A DNA stretch of 41,956 nucleotides from Campylobacterota bacterium. Its GTDB lineage: Bacteria; Campylobacterota; Campylobacteria; Campylobacterales; Sulfurovaceae. Under the pieces are notes generated by a model. The model did no database searches and had not been told where the DNA came from. It was given only the letters and a program-made list of their open reading frames with translations. The stretch is taken from NCBI GenBank assembly GCA_030595845.1, contig JAUVCL010000001.1, forward strand, positions 1 to 41,956. The letters are read 5' to 3'. The translations under genes were made by a program, and so were the position numbers. Positions 29,301-37,128 of this stretch are shown here, in pieces (within the stretch, counting starts at the first letter, position 1; every line of letters begins with the position of its first letter).

Positions 29301-29545
29301 CGTTGTTTCATCATTGAATTAGCAAATTCTTTTTTATCACTTCCTAAGTATAAAGCGGTTAATCCACGCTCTTTACCTATGTTCACCAGGGCTTTGTCCA
29401 TGGCAGCATTGTTGATCAGTGTTATTTTGAGTTCATTGGCTTTTTCAAAGTTCAAATATGAAGTTATGAAGAAATAACTTGAAAGCAGGATCAGTAGGGT
29501 AATTGGTACCATCCCAATGAGTTTAAGTCTATTACGTATAGTCAT
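26339..29545 (-). CDS. Hybrid sensor histidine kinase with periplasmic NIT-like (nitrate/nitrite) domain
   Basis: TM - KERGLTALYL..KENAGLERG - TM; FLANMSHEIRTPLNG, NLLSNAVKFT, DNGIG, GGTGLGL; receiver FMDIQMPVMDG; degenerate flanking receivers. Confidence 0.9.
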   Translation of the reverse strand: MTIRNRLKLIGMVPITLLILLSSYFFITSYLNFEKANELKITLINNAAMDKALVNIGKERGLTALYLGSDKKEFANSMMKQRETSDEIFEDIRYEVMTDHTAYLPLLIELLGEKSTLQNNKSFETFLANVENLEGVRKKIDTENVDFKNIFFTTYTESLSTPVIDKLLTLKSYSLDTEISSLIATLIQLYTAKENAGLERGFVSYYMTKKSSMSFDEIALWDDFKTKANVFDIKQVTNPLLRKQLEKLLNNEQSLETLEELAMTSSAIQTDIDNGDYAEEAIDWFALQTKKITLLSKAELIVSDVLWNKSEVYLQRQLLLLSIASAIWLLGFILAYLGYTATRDITRNIKELEEVLNKAVDEMKSSDQYLSSDTAAIENIELDTHEGTKEAYKFLEELVETAKDDKLIALQANEAKSLFLANMSHEIRTPLNGIVGFTEILRSTDLTEEQDEFLSIIDKSSENLLSIINNILDLSKIESNKIEIENIVFDAAEEFESAVETYAVAATEKNIDLNYYMDPLISAKLKGDPTKIKEIVINLLSNAVKFTSYGGEINLIIKKIVGEDDISRIKFSVQDNGIGMTKDQQSRIFDAFSQADVSVTRKYGGTGLGLTISSQFVELMGGDLELESAKDHGTTFYFSLPLEEVISTEVNYAHAFTDLTIGKYAQDIPTKLDSYLEDYFKYFGPSVKHFESIGELKELDANNVCKNYWIDIDKAKQNILDAIHHMDKSKLIVMANVTSRNKLEELGIDQSNVIYKPVTLSKLKEVLSNTANITPQLIEETVSAQQTKFDAHILVTEDNIINQKLIKRILEEHGITVDLANNGLESFEKRRSGNYDLLFMDIQMPVMDGIEATHEILDYEEDEELAHIPIVALTANALKGDRERFLGEGMDEYITKPIETTELLYVLNKFLSHKANSSTDAPTKRETPAVKEEEVTAPIVEAQNESLEVLIDEPVIALEIEEKKILIAKKFLLARRVLAKVLENIGQNYEILDDVGTLQKALASGDYDLLFADANLITESISDDHGNIAIIASTDTNNPHEVAVKWGENISNTASKEEIENIIKKYRG

Positions 29546-29557
29546 ATATTTTTCCTT

Positions 29558-30790
29558 TTATTTTGCTAATGCGTTGATTTGAATTTCGAAAGACAAGAAA
29601 TGTCCCCAATACTCTTTGATAAAAGTTTCCAGATTACTTGAATCTTCACAAAACTGTATCTGATAAAGCGTATCTGATAATGCATTGATACGAAGGTTGC
29701 TAGAAGCGCCTTTAAGTAAGTGTCCGATCTTTTGAATAGCGTCCAGGTCACCTTTTTCATAGGCTTCCAGCATTTTTTTGGTTTCAATATGTGCCTGCTC
29801 TATAAAATCATGTACAAATTCTTCAATGAGTTCTACCGGCAAGCTTAAATCATTAGCAGCCTCTTCAAGTTGAAAGTCAAAGTGAATAGGTTTGATCCCG
29901 TCAAGACTAATGGTTCCAAAGCTATTTGTATTTACAGTTTTTGCAGCTTTCATCTCTTCAATGGTCTGCACTTCTTCAAGTGGCATATCGAAAAGTTCGA
30001 GGCTTATATCTTCTTCTTTTTTAGCCGTTTGTGTTGTTAGTCTGGAGAGTGTTGCATAGAAAGATGCAATGACCTCTTTGTGTGTATCTGTGGGTGCAGT
30101 AGAAAGTTTTTGGATGATGGTATCGATAACAGGAAGGTGTAGTACGTCACTAAGCTGAGAAAGGGTATTGATAGCATCTGTACGTTTTTCTTCTTCCTCA
30201 CTTTGAAGGTCTGCTTCGAGTCCGAGCGCCGTATCAATGTATTCGTCAAGAAACGCATTGTAGTCTTCATGCGACACACCCATTTCTTGACTGATCTTTT
30301 CTATATCTATAAGGATCTCTTCATCACTCTCAGGGATACTCGTTACTTCTTCTTCCGGTAGCAGGAGGTTTTCTAACTCTAGTTCATCACTGAGAGAAAA
30401 AGTCTCTTCATCACTATCTGACTTAATAGAGATAAGGTCTGAGTCCAGGTCTAAAGAACTAATTTCTTCTGTGCTGTCGCCAATGGTGATGTCATCCAGG
30501 AAATTGTCTTCAGCCAGTAACTCTGAGAGTTCACTGTCTGTTTTTATACTGTCTGCAAGTGCAACATTGACGAGTGTAAGGTCTCCAAGCATACTGGAAA
30601 GTGAAGTTTTGGAAATCGTATAGGTTTGGTCATTGTTGATGATGATCTGATCTTCGGATACGGGATCAAAAGTAGTGTCACCCAATATGATTCTTGACGA
30701 TAATTCATCTATGTGAGATACCCCACATAAGGCCAATAAACTCTCATCCGCAGCAATGATTTGATTGGTTTGATTTAATAAATAGTACAT
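29558..30790 (-). CDS. Hpt-domain phosphotransfer protein
   Basis: C-terminal GHLLKGASSNL; a second Hpt-like repeat lacking the motif His; short PAS-like N-terminus; acidic linkers. Confidence 0.8.
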   Translation of the reverse strand: MYYLLNQTNQIIAADESLLALCGVSHIDELSSRIILGDTTFDPVSEDQIIINNDQTYTISKTSLSSMLGDLTLVNVALADSIKTDSELSELLAEDNFLDDITIGDSTEEISSLDLDSDLISIKSDSDEETFSLSDELELENLLLPEEEVTSIPESDEEILIDIEKISQEMGVSHEDYNAFLDEYIDTALGLEADLQSEEEEKRTDAINTLSQLSDVLHLPVIDTIIQKLSTAPTDTHKEVIASFYATLSRLTTQTAKKEEDISLELFDMPLEEVQTIEEMKAAKTVNTNSFGTISLDGIKPIHFDFQLEEAANDLSLPVELIEEFVHDFIEQAHIETKKMLEAYEKGDLDAIQKIGHLLKGASSNLRINALSDTLYQIQFCEDSSNLETFIKEYWGHFLSFEIQINALAK

Positions 30791-30808
30791 TTTGTCGACA
30801 ACTCCTCT

Positions 30809-31222
30809 TTAATTACTTTCTTTTGACAGCAGATCTTTATAGATAGGAACGCTCTCTTCAATTTCTGTAGCTGATGCAGGTCTTCTTGCCGCAGTATAGC
30901 CAACAGTTGCACCATCATTTGTGACTGGTGCAATGTGTGAGTAAACCCAATAATATTTACCGTCTTTTCTTAGATTTTTAACAACACCGGTCCACTCTTG
31001 CCCCGATTGGATAGTGTCCCATACTTCTTGAAATGCTGCTTTTGGCATATCTGGATGTCTAACGATATTATGGTTCTTACCTTTTAGTTCATCTTTAGTA
31101 TAGCCTGCGATCTCACAGAATTTACGGTTTGCATACGTAATAATGCCTTTAAGATCTGTAGAACTAATTATCAAACCGTTCTCAAAGACATATTCTTCAT
31201 CAATTGGACTAGGTCTATTCAT
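30809..31222 (-). CDS. Stand-alone Aer-type PAS domain protein
   Basis: TDLKGIITYAN, HNIVRHPDMP, VKNLRKDGKYYWV, typical of FAD-binding Aer/CetB-like PAS. Confidence 0.9.
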   Translation of the reverse strand: MNRPSPIDEEYVFENGLIISSTDLKGIITYANRKFCEIAGYTKDELKGKNHNIVRHPDMPKAAFQEVWDTIQSGQEWTGVVKNLRKDGKYYWVYSHIAPVTNDGATVGYTAARRPASATEIEESVPIYKDLLSKESN

Positions 31223-31294
31223 AGTATTTGTTACCCCTTTTTTATGGTATCAAGAAGAAGAGCAGTAGATAGTAAACTGAAAGATATAAGTTTA

Positions 31295-31375
31295 CTACAT
31301 TAGCAACCTGGCAATCTGCATGAGACCCACGGTTTTCTGTCCCCACTTCGCAATGAGTTTAGCTTTTTAATCTAG
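31295..31375 (-). ncRNA. c-di-GMP-I riboswitch (compact)
   Basis: Minus strand: AAAAG-CT-AAA-CTCATT-GCGA-AGTGGG-GA-C-AG-AAA-ACCGTGGGTCT-CATGC-AGATTGCCAGGTTGC; TATAAT at 31382-31377. Confidence 0.9.
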
Positions 31376-31511
31376 GATTATAACTTATATTATATTGGCT
31401 TAATCATATGATTTGAAGATAATATTGTATAACAACCCTGTTCCTAAAACTGTATTACAATTAAACTAAAAATAGAATGAATTAGGCGGTTTTTTAGTAA
31501 AAAATATCAAA

Positions 31512-33311
31512 TTATGCATTTTTTTCAGTATTATTTTTAATAATAGTTGAAATTTTCTTATTGGTAACTTTTTCTATATCTTCTGCAGATGCATTTTTAA
31601 TGGCTTCAAACGTACCAAAGTAGTCAATAAGTTTTTTAACGGTTGCTTTGCCTATGCCTTTTTTGTTGAGAAGAGAAATTTGTGTATCGTATTTTCGTTT
31701 TTTATTTTGATGATAGGTGATGGCATAGCGATGTGCCTCATCTCTTTGTCGCTGTATCCATTGTAGACGTTTGTCATTAGGTTTTAGTTCGTAGAGTCCA
31801 GAAGAAGTATAAAGCATGTCTTTGGCAGCACCTTTTGCCCGGTGTGCTTTGGCGTCAAGTTTTTCTTTGGCAATGGCAATGACATCGAGATTGACCTGGG
31901 CTTCTTGGAGCAATTTTTTTGCAAGGTTGAGATTGGCCTGTCCACCATCCAGTATCCATAAGTCGGGAGCAGGAGATTCTTGAAATCTTTCGATGCGTCT
32001 TGAGAGCATCTCTTTCATCTGTCCGTACTCATCCTGTGCATGCAGTTCATAGCGCCTATAAGAATCTTTATCCCAATCTCCTTCATTCCATACAACCAAC
32101 CCTCCTACAGTGGCGGCACCCATCAGATGAGAATTATCAAAGGTTTCGATACGGTAGGGGATGGAGCCCAGATCAAAAAGGTCAGCGATCTTTTGTTCTA
32201 TGATGCTATCGGACTCTTTTTTCCGTAACAACTCTTTACAGTTTTGTAGTGCGAGGGCAATAAGTTTTGCTTTTGGGCCACGTAGGGGTGCAAGGATTTC
32301 TACTTTTTTATCAAAACGTGTTGAGAGACTAAGTGCGACCTGTTTTGAGTCTTCAAAGGGGTGTGCAGTGAGGATCTGCTTGCTGATTTTGGGCGTATCT
32401 ATGGTATAAAATTCTAATAAAGCTTGCTTGTAGGCTTCATTTTCATCAAAGATGTGTGTATGCCTGAAATAAGCGTAGGAGGAAGAGATGATCTTCCCTC
32501 CACGCATAAAGAGCTTTACTATGACACCCCTTTCATCTCCGTTTTGTATGGCAAAAATATCGAGGTCAAGCTCTTTTGCCATGTCTATGTTGGAAGAGAT
32601 ACTGAGTGAAGAGATAGCCTCTATACTGTCTCTCATATTTCCAGCCTCTTCATAGCGTTCCTGCAAAGCAAGATCTGTCATTTTTTGGCTAAGAACGGAA
32701 AGCAGGTTTTTACGTTTGACTATGGATGTTTTGGCTTGTGTGACTATCTCCTGGTAAGCCTGGGGAGTTACTTTTTTTTCACAGGGGGCAAGACATTTTT
32801 TGATCTGGTAAAAGAGGCAGGCTTTTCCTTCTCTCAAGCATGATTTTTTTTGTACCAGGGGATAGACTTCATACAGTGCATCAAGCAGTGCTCTTCCACC
32901 GGTGGGGAAAGGACCGTAGTACGTTACGTCTTTCCCTTTGATGACCTTACGTGTGATCTCAAAGCGCGGGTAATCTATGGATTCATCGATGTATATGTAG
33001 GGATAGGTCTTGTCATCACGTAGTAAAATGTTGTATTTTGGTTTGAGCTGCTTGATCAGAGAGTTTTCCAAGATGAGGGCATCTTCTTCTGTTTCTACAA
33101 CAATATATTCCAATCTGACTGCTTCATGCAGCATTTTAAGGATACGGGAACTTTGTGTGGGGTTGGGTTTAAACTCTGGCATAAAACGCCAGTAACTCTT
33201 GACGCGGTGTTTAAGGTTTTTTGCTTTGCCTACATAAAGCAATTTTCCGGCACTGTCAAAATATTGGTATACTCCTGCTGAGGAGGGGAGGTCTTGGACT
33301 ACTGTTTGCAT
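31512..33311 (-). CDS. uvrC: Excinuclease ABC subunit C
   Basis: GIY-YIG (GVYQY..YVGKAKNL), PKYNILLRDDKTYPY, IETFDNSH, RDEAHRYA, HhH tail. Confidence 0.97.
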   Translation of the reverse strand: MQTVVQDLPSSAGVYQYFDSAGKLLYVGKAKNLKHRVKSYWRFMPEFKPNPTQSSRILKMLHEAVRLEYIVVETEEDALILENSLIKQLKPKYNILLRDDKTYPYIYIDESIDYPRFEITRKVIKGKDVTYYGPFPTGGRALLDALYEVYPLVQKKSCLREGKACLFYQIKKCLAPCEKKVTPQAYQEIVTQAKTSIVKRKNLLSVLSQKMTDLALQERYEEAGNMRDSIEAISSLSISSNIDMAKELDLDIFAIQNGDERGVIVKLFMRGGKIISSSYAYFRHTHIFDENEAYKQALLEFYTIDTPKISKQILTAHPFEDSKQVALSLSTRFDKKVEILAPLRGPKAKLIALALQNCKELLRKKESDSIIEQKIADLFDLGSIPYRIETFDNSHLMGAATVGGLVVWNEGDWDKDSYRRYELHAQDEYGQMKEMLSRRIERFQESPAPDLWILDGGQANLNLAKKLLQEAQVNLDVIAIAKEKLDAKAHRAKGAAKDMLYTSSGLYELKPNDKRLQWIQRQRDEAHRYAITYHQNKKRKYDTQISLLNKKGIGKATVKKLIDYFGTFEAIKNASAEDIEKVTNKKISTIIKNNTEKNA

Positions 33312-33742
33312 GAGATCAGTGTTTTGATACGTTCAAACGCCTCTTTGAGCTTTTCATCAGCAGGTAGGTCAAAGGTACCAGTGGATCGTTCATGATAATG
33401 GGGAACAGTTGAATATAAGGCTTTTTCTTCCGGCATGGCATGATACTTGCTGTGGAAGACCACCACTTTGTTGGCAGTCATTTTCTGACAAGAAGTATCA
33501 TAGGTATTGAGCTGTGTTAATAGACTTTTTAATAAATCTTTATTATAATTAAGTTCCATTTTAAAACCGGGGTGTGTGACTGCTATGAATAATGTTTCAT
33601 CTTTGATATAAACAAAGGCAACTGCTTTTTGCCATTTGTGACTTAAAAGATTAATATACTTCTGGTAACACTCCTGTCGTTTTAATGATTTAAACTGAGG
33701 TTGAGAAGATAAATGAGACAAAATCATACTGGCTTTTTTCAT
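33299..33742 (-). CDS. Conserved hypothetical protein (DUF721/DciA-like by impression), probably leaderless
   Basis: LFIAVTHPGFKMEL; overlaps the uvrC start; TGTTATAAT ends 6 nt before the ATG. Confidence 0.65.
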   Translation of the reverse strand: MKKASMILSHLSSQPQFKSLKRQECYQKYINLLSHKWQKAVAFVYIKDETLFIAVTHPGFKMELNYNKDLLKSLLTQLNTYDTSCQKMTANKVVVFHSKYHAMPEEKALYSTVPHYHERSTGTFDLPADEKLKEAFERIKTLISCKQ

Positions 33743-33862
33743 AAAGCAATTATAACATCACTTTGCTGTATCATCTTGACAGGATGCGGGTATAAAACAA
33801 ATCCTGTTTATGTTGCGGATACAGTAGAGAATAACACGAGTATAAAGACAGAAGGGTAGTGG

Positions 33863-35314
33863 ATGGAAAAGTATGACGTGCTTATTATCGGTGCGGGTAT
33901 TGCAGGACTTTATGCTGCGATGGAACTGCCTGCAAGTAAAAAAGTACTGGTCGTCTGTAAGGATATCCCTTGGGAGTGTAATACTTTTTATGCTCAAGGC
34001 GGCATGACCACTGCCTTGAATGAAGCTGATATCCCTAGCCATGTCGAAGATACAATGGCTGCAGGTGCCTATCATAATGATAAAGAAGCCGTGGAAATCC
34101 TTTCACGTACCTCACTTGAAACCACACCCGATATCATCAACAAAGGTATGCGTTTTGATACAGATAAAGAGGGAAATATCCTTTATACAAGAGAGGCAGC
34201 ACACTCAGTAGAACGTATTGTCCATGCAGGAGGAGATGCCACAGGACGGTATATGCATTATTTTATGATGGTGCAGAACAAACATAAACTTCAAAAAAAT
34301 ACACTGGTGTATGATCTGCTTATAGAAAATGGCAGATGCTTTGGGGTGAAAGCAACGGTGAATTATGAACCTACAACAATCTATGCTGATGATGTTATCA
34401 TCGCCTCTGGAGGCATTGGCTCACTGTATGAATATAATACAAATTCCAGGACGGTTTCTTCAGATATACATGGCATTTGTGTTGAAAAGGGTATAGAACT
34501 TGCCGATATGGAGTTTATGCAGTTCCACCCCACTGTTTTTATAGAAACACCTTATGCAAGAAAACTTTTACTTACTGAAGCGCTTAGAGGTGAGGGCGCG
34601 CATGTGGTAGATGATGAAGGGAAACGATTTTTATTTGAATATGATGATCGAGGAGAATTGGCCAGTAGGGATATAGTAGCGCGTGGTATTTTCAATCATA
34701 AACGGAAAACGGGACAAAAGGCCTACCTTGACTTCTCTATGTTCGAAGAAAAATGGTTTGAACAGCGTTTTCCCAATATCACACATACCTTTGCTACGCT
34801 TGGGTACACGTTTCCTAAAGACAAGATCTCTATTTCCCCGGCATTTCATTATGCTAATGGCGGCATAAAATGTGATACCAATGGATGTATAGACGGTATG
34901 GAAGGTCTATATGTTATAGGGGAAGCAGCAAGAACAGGTGTGCACGGTGCAAACCGTTTGGCATCAAATTCATTGCTCGAAGGCGTTGTTTTTGCCAAAC
35001 GTGCCGTAGACCATCTTCTTTCTAAAGAACATAAAGCGATTCAGACACCTAAATTTGAGAAGGATTATGGTAATATTCTGCACAAAGAAAATGATAAAAT
35101 CTATAAACATAAACTGCGTCAGGTGATGTGGGATGATATAGGAATCATTAGGACAACCAAAGGCCTGCATGAAGCAAAAAATCTCATTTATGATATGAAA
35201 AATAAAGAGATTGGTAGATTGTTGGAGTTACGGCTCAATACAGCTTCTGCGATCGTGGATGCGGCATTGGCCAGAAAAGAGTCTTTGGGTTCTCATTATA
35301 TGGAATTAAACTAA
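33863..35314 (+). CDS. nadB: L-aspartate oxidase
   Basis: GAGIAG, YAQGG, EFMQFHPT, LTEALRGEG, ELASRD, GVHGANRLASNSLLEG, RKESLGSH. Confidence 0.93.
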   Translation: MEKYDVLIIGAGIAGLYAAMELPASKKVLVVCKDIPWECNTFYAQGGMTTALNEADIPSHVEDTMAAGAYHNDKEAVEILSRTSLETTPDIINKGMRFDTDKEGNILYTREAAHSVERIVHAGGDATGRYMHYFMMVQNKHKLQKNTLVYDLLIENGRCFGVKATVNYEPTTIYADDVIIASGGIGSLYEYNTNSRTVSSDIHGICVEKGIELADMEFMQFHPTVFIETPYARKLLLTEALRGEGAHVVDDEGKRFLFEYDDRGELASRDIVARGIFNHKRKTGQKAYLDFSMFEEKWFEQRFPNITHTFATLGYTFPKDKISISPAFHYANGGIKCDTNGCIDGMEGLYVIGEAARTGVHGANRLASNSLLEGVVFAKRAVDHLLSKEHKAIQTPKFEKDYGNILHKENDKIYKHKLRQVMWDDIGIIRTTKGLHEAKNLIYDMKNKEIGRLLELRLNTASAIVDAALARKESLGSHYMELN

Positions 35315-35359
35315 ATTATGTATCAACAGACATGGCACACAAAAGAATTAGGAGTAGAA

Positions 35360-36709
35360 ATGACAGAAGCACTAGGTTCAACAGTAGATTTAACAACAAC
35401 ATGGGTGGGGATCGTCTCACTCGCGATATTTGTAGTAGCATATTATTTTATTGCAGCGGAAGATAAATACCATATCAATAAAGCAAAACCGGCACTTTTT
35501 GCCGGAACATTTATCTTTATCCTCATTGGTATTTATTATGCGATGAATGGTTTAGACGGTAAACATTTACATCACGAAATAGAGATACTTCTTTTTGAAA
35601 TTGCAGGGATATTCTTCTTCCTCTTTGTTGCCATGACCTACATTGAGGCAATGATCGATAGAGATGTTTTTTCTGCTTTACGTTATAATCTTGTTTCCAA
35701 AGGTTATGATTATAAAAAACTTTTTTGGATCACTGGATTTTTAGCATTTTTCATCTCTCCTATAGCAGATAACCTAACGACAGCACTCATCCTCTCTACT
35801 GTACTGATCACGATCGATAGAACCAATAAAGCATTTATCGTTCCAAGTGCTGTAAATATTGTTGTATCAGCCAATGCGGGTGGTGCATGGTCTCCATTTG
35901 GTGATATCACTACTTTGATGGTCTGGGTTGACGGTAAAGGGTCTTTTGTTGATTTCTTATATCTTTTCCCAGCGTCTATTTTAGGCTGGTTGGTCACTGC
36001 CTTTTTATTGAGCCGTTTTATACCTAATGGAAATCCTCCATTTGCAGAGGATGAAAAGCCAGTGAAGATCGCTCCAGGTGGTAAGATAATCATGGGACTT
36101 TTTGCTTTCACTATTGCTTCAGCCGTACTTTCACACCAGGTACTTCACTTACCTGCAATGTGGGGAATGATGTTTGGTTTAGCGGTATTAAAACTTTATA
36201 TTTATAGAATGAGTAGAGAAGTGAGATACGATAACGATGGTATCGTTTGTCCTGAAGTGAATGTCTTCTCTTTTATCGCTAAAATTGAGAATGATACACT
36301 CCTTTTCTTCTTTGGTATTCTTGCTGCGGTTGGAGGACTTCATTTTTTAGGATTCTTAGAATACTTTACAGCGCTTTATGCACAGTTTGGAGCGACAACA
36401 GTGAACATTGGGGTAGGGTTCCTTTCAGCAATCGTAGATAACGTTCCTGTCATGTCAGCAGTACTTAAATCAAGTCCGGATATGGGTGTGGATGCACATG
36501 CACAATGGATGCTTGTAACGCTTACAGCAGGTGTGGGTGGTTCACTTATCTCGTTTGGTTCAGCTGCCGGTGTTGGGGTAATGGGTAAACTTCACGGTAT
36601 CTATACCTTTGGATCACATATGAGACTGGCATGGACAGTACTTATTGGGTACATTGTTTCTGTAGCTGTTTGGTATGTACAATTTCAAATTTTAGGGTTT
36701 GGGGCGTAG
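35360..36709 (+). CDS. nhaD: Na+/H+ antiporter NhaD family
   Basis: SPIADNLTTAL, ANAGGAWSPFGDITTLM, SAIVDNVP, GGSLISFGSAAGV; start moved to ATG 35360 after aggag. Confidence 0.9.
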   Translation: MTEALGSTVDLTTTWVGIVSLAIFVVAYYFIAAEDKYHINKAKPALFAGTFIFILIGIYYAMNGLDGKHLHHEIEILLFEIAGIFFFLFVAMTYIEAMIDRDVFSALRYNLVSKGYDYKKLFWITGFLAFFISPIADNLTTALILSTVLITIDRTNKAFIVPSAVNIVVSANAGGAWSPFGDITTLMVWVDGKGSFVDFLYLFPASILGWLVTAFLLSRFIPNGNPPFAEDEKPVKIAPGGKIIMGLFAFTIASAVLSHQVLHLPAMWGMMFGLAVLKLYIYRMSREVRYDNDGIVCPEVNVFSFIAKIENDTLLFFFGILAAVGGLHFLGFLEYFTALYAQFGATTVNIGVGFLSAIVDNVPVMSAVLKSSPDMGVDAHAQWMLVTLTAGVGGSLISFGSAAGVGVMGKLHGIYTFGSHMRLAWTVLIGYIVSVAVWYVQFQILGFGA

Positions 36710-36714
36710 TTATT

Positions 36715-36787
36715 GGTGTTGTCGAGAGACAAGCATTAAAATGCAGTGCAAGTGAAGCACTAAATGCTGAATCGTACAACACCCTAC
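36715..36787. repeat. Single inverted GTAG-type REP interrupted by the 43-bp element
   Basis: GGTGTTGTCGAGAG-acaa-[43 bp]-acaa-CACCCTAC. Confidence 0.88.
36733..36775 (+). mobile_element. 43-bp micro-element (copy 4) flanked by ACAA direct repeats
   Basis: Exact reverse complement of the copy at 5357-5399. Confidence 0.82.
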
Positions 36788-36797
36788 GAAATTCCCC

Positions 36798-36827
36798 CTC
36801 GTTCCCATGCTCTGCGTGGGAATGCAT
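36798..36827. repeat. Single CTCGTTCC-type palindromic repeat
   Basis: CTCGTTCCCATGCTCTGCGTGGGAATGCAT, two differences from the 9274 copy. Confidence 0.88.
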
Positions 36828-36903
36828 CCTAAAACTTGATAAACAGATACAGTTGATTTTTTCACCAAACTCTCGGATACAAACGAGATAAAAAAGGATC
36901 TCT

Positions 36904-37053
36904 ATGCTTCTCCTTTCGACAATCATTTTACTTTTCATCGCTACAGCCCTTGGTTACTATTTTGGAGGGAAACAGGGAGCAGTCGGTACCTTCCTTACTG
37001 TGTTATTTCTTTTTGGGCTACCTGCAATTATCTATATGATGCAGAGTAGCTAA
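36904..37053 (+). CDS. 49-aa small two-TM membrane protein (below the ORF-track cut-off)
   Basis: MLLLSTIILLFIATALGYYFGGKQGAVGTFLTVLFLFGLPAIIYMMQSS; RBS aaagga. Confidence 0.7.
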   Translation: MLLLSTIILLFIATALGYYFGGKQGAVGTFLTVLFLFGLPAIIYMMQSS

Positions 37054-37128
37054 ACAGGCGTTAAAAAAGGGTTTTAATCATACTCATTGTATAATCCCAC
37101 TAAATAATTATCTACCAAGGAAACCTCC

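Noticed and set aside
945-31375. Assignment of the riboswitches as 3',3'-cGAMP (GEMM-Ib) sensors
   Set aside because: All three have G, not A, at the position equivalent to Vc2 G20, although G20 aptamers can be promiscuous
5345-36827. CRISPR array interpretation of the 26-47-bp repeats
   Set aside because: Copies are dispersed and inverted, not tandem with unique spacers, and there are no cas genes
5149-36938. Track ORFs sharing 'YDSAFSASLALHFNA'-type peptides (5149-5436, 10157-10429, 36631-36891, 36642-36938) and 15308-15517
   Set aside because: They are read-throughs of the REP/43-bp element overlapping real genes, not a protein family
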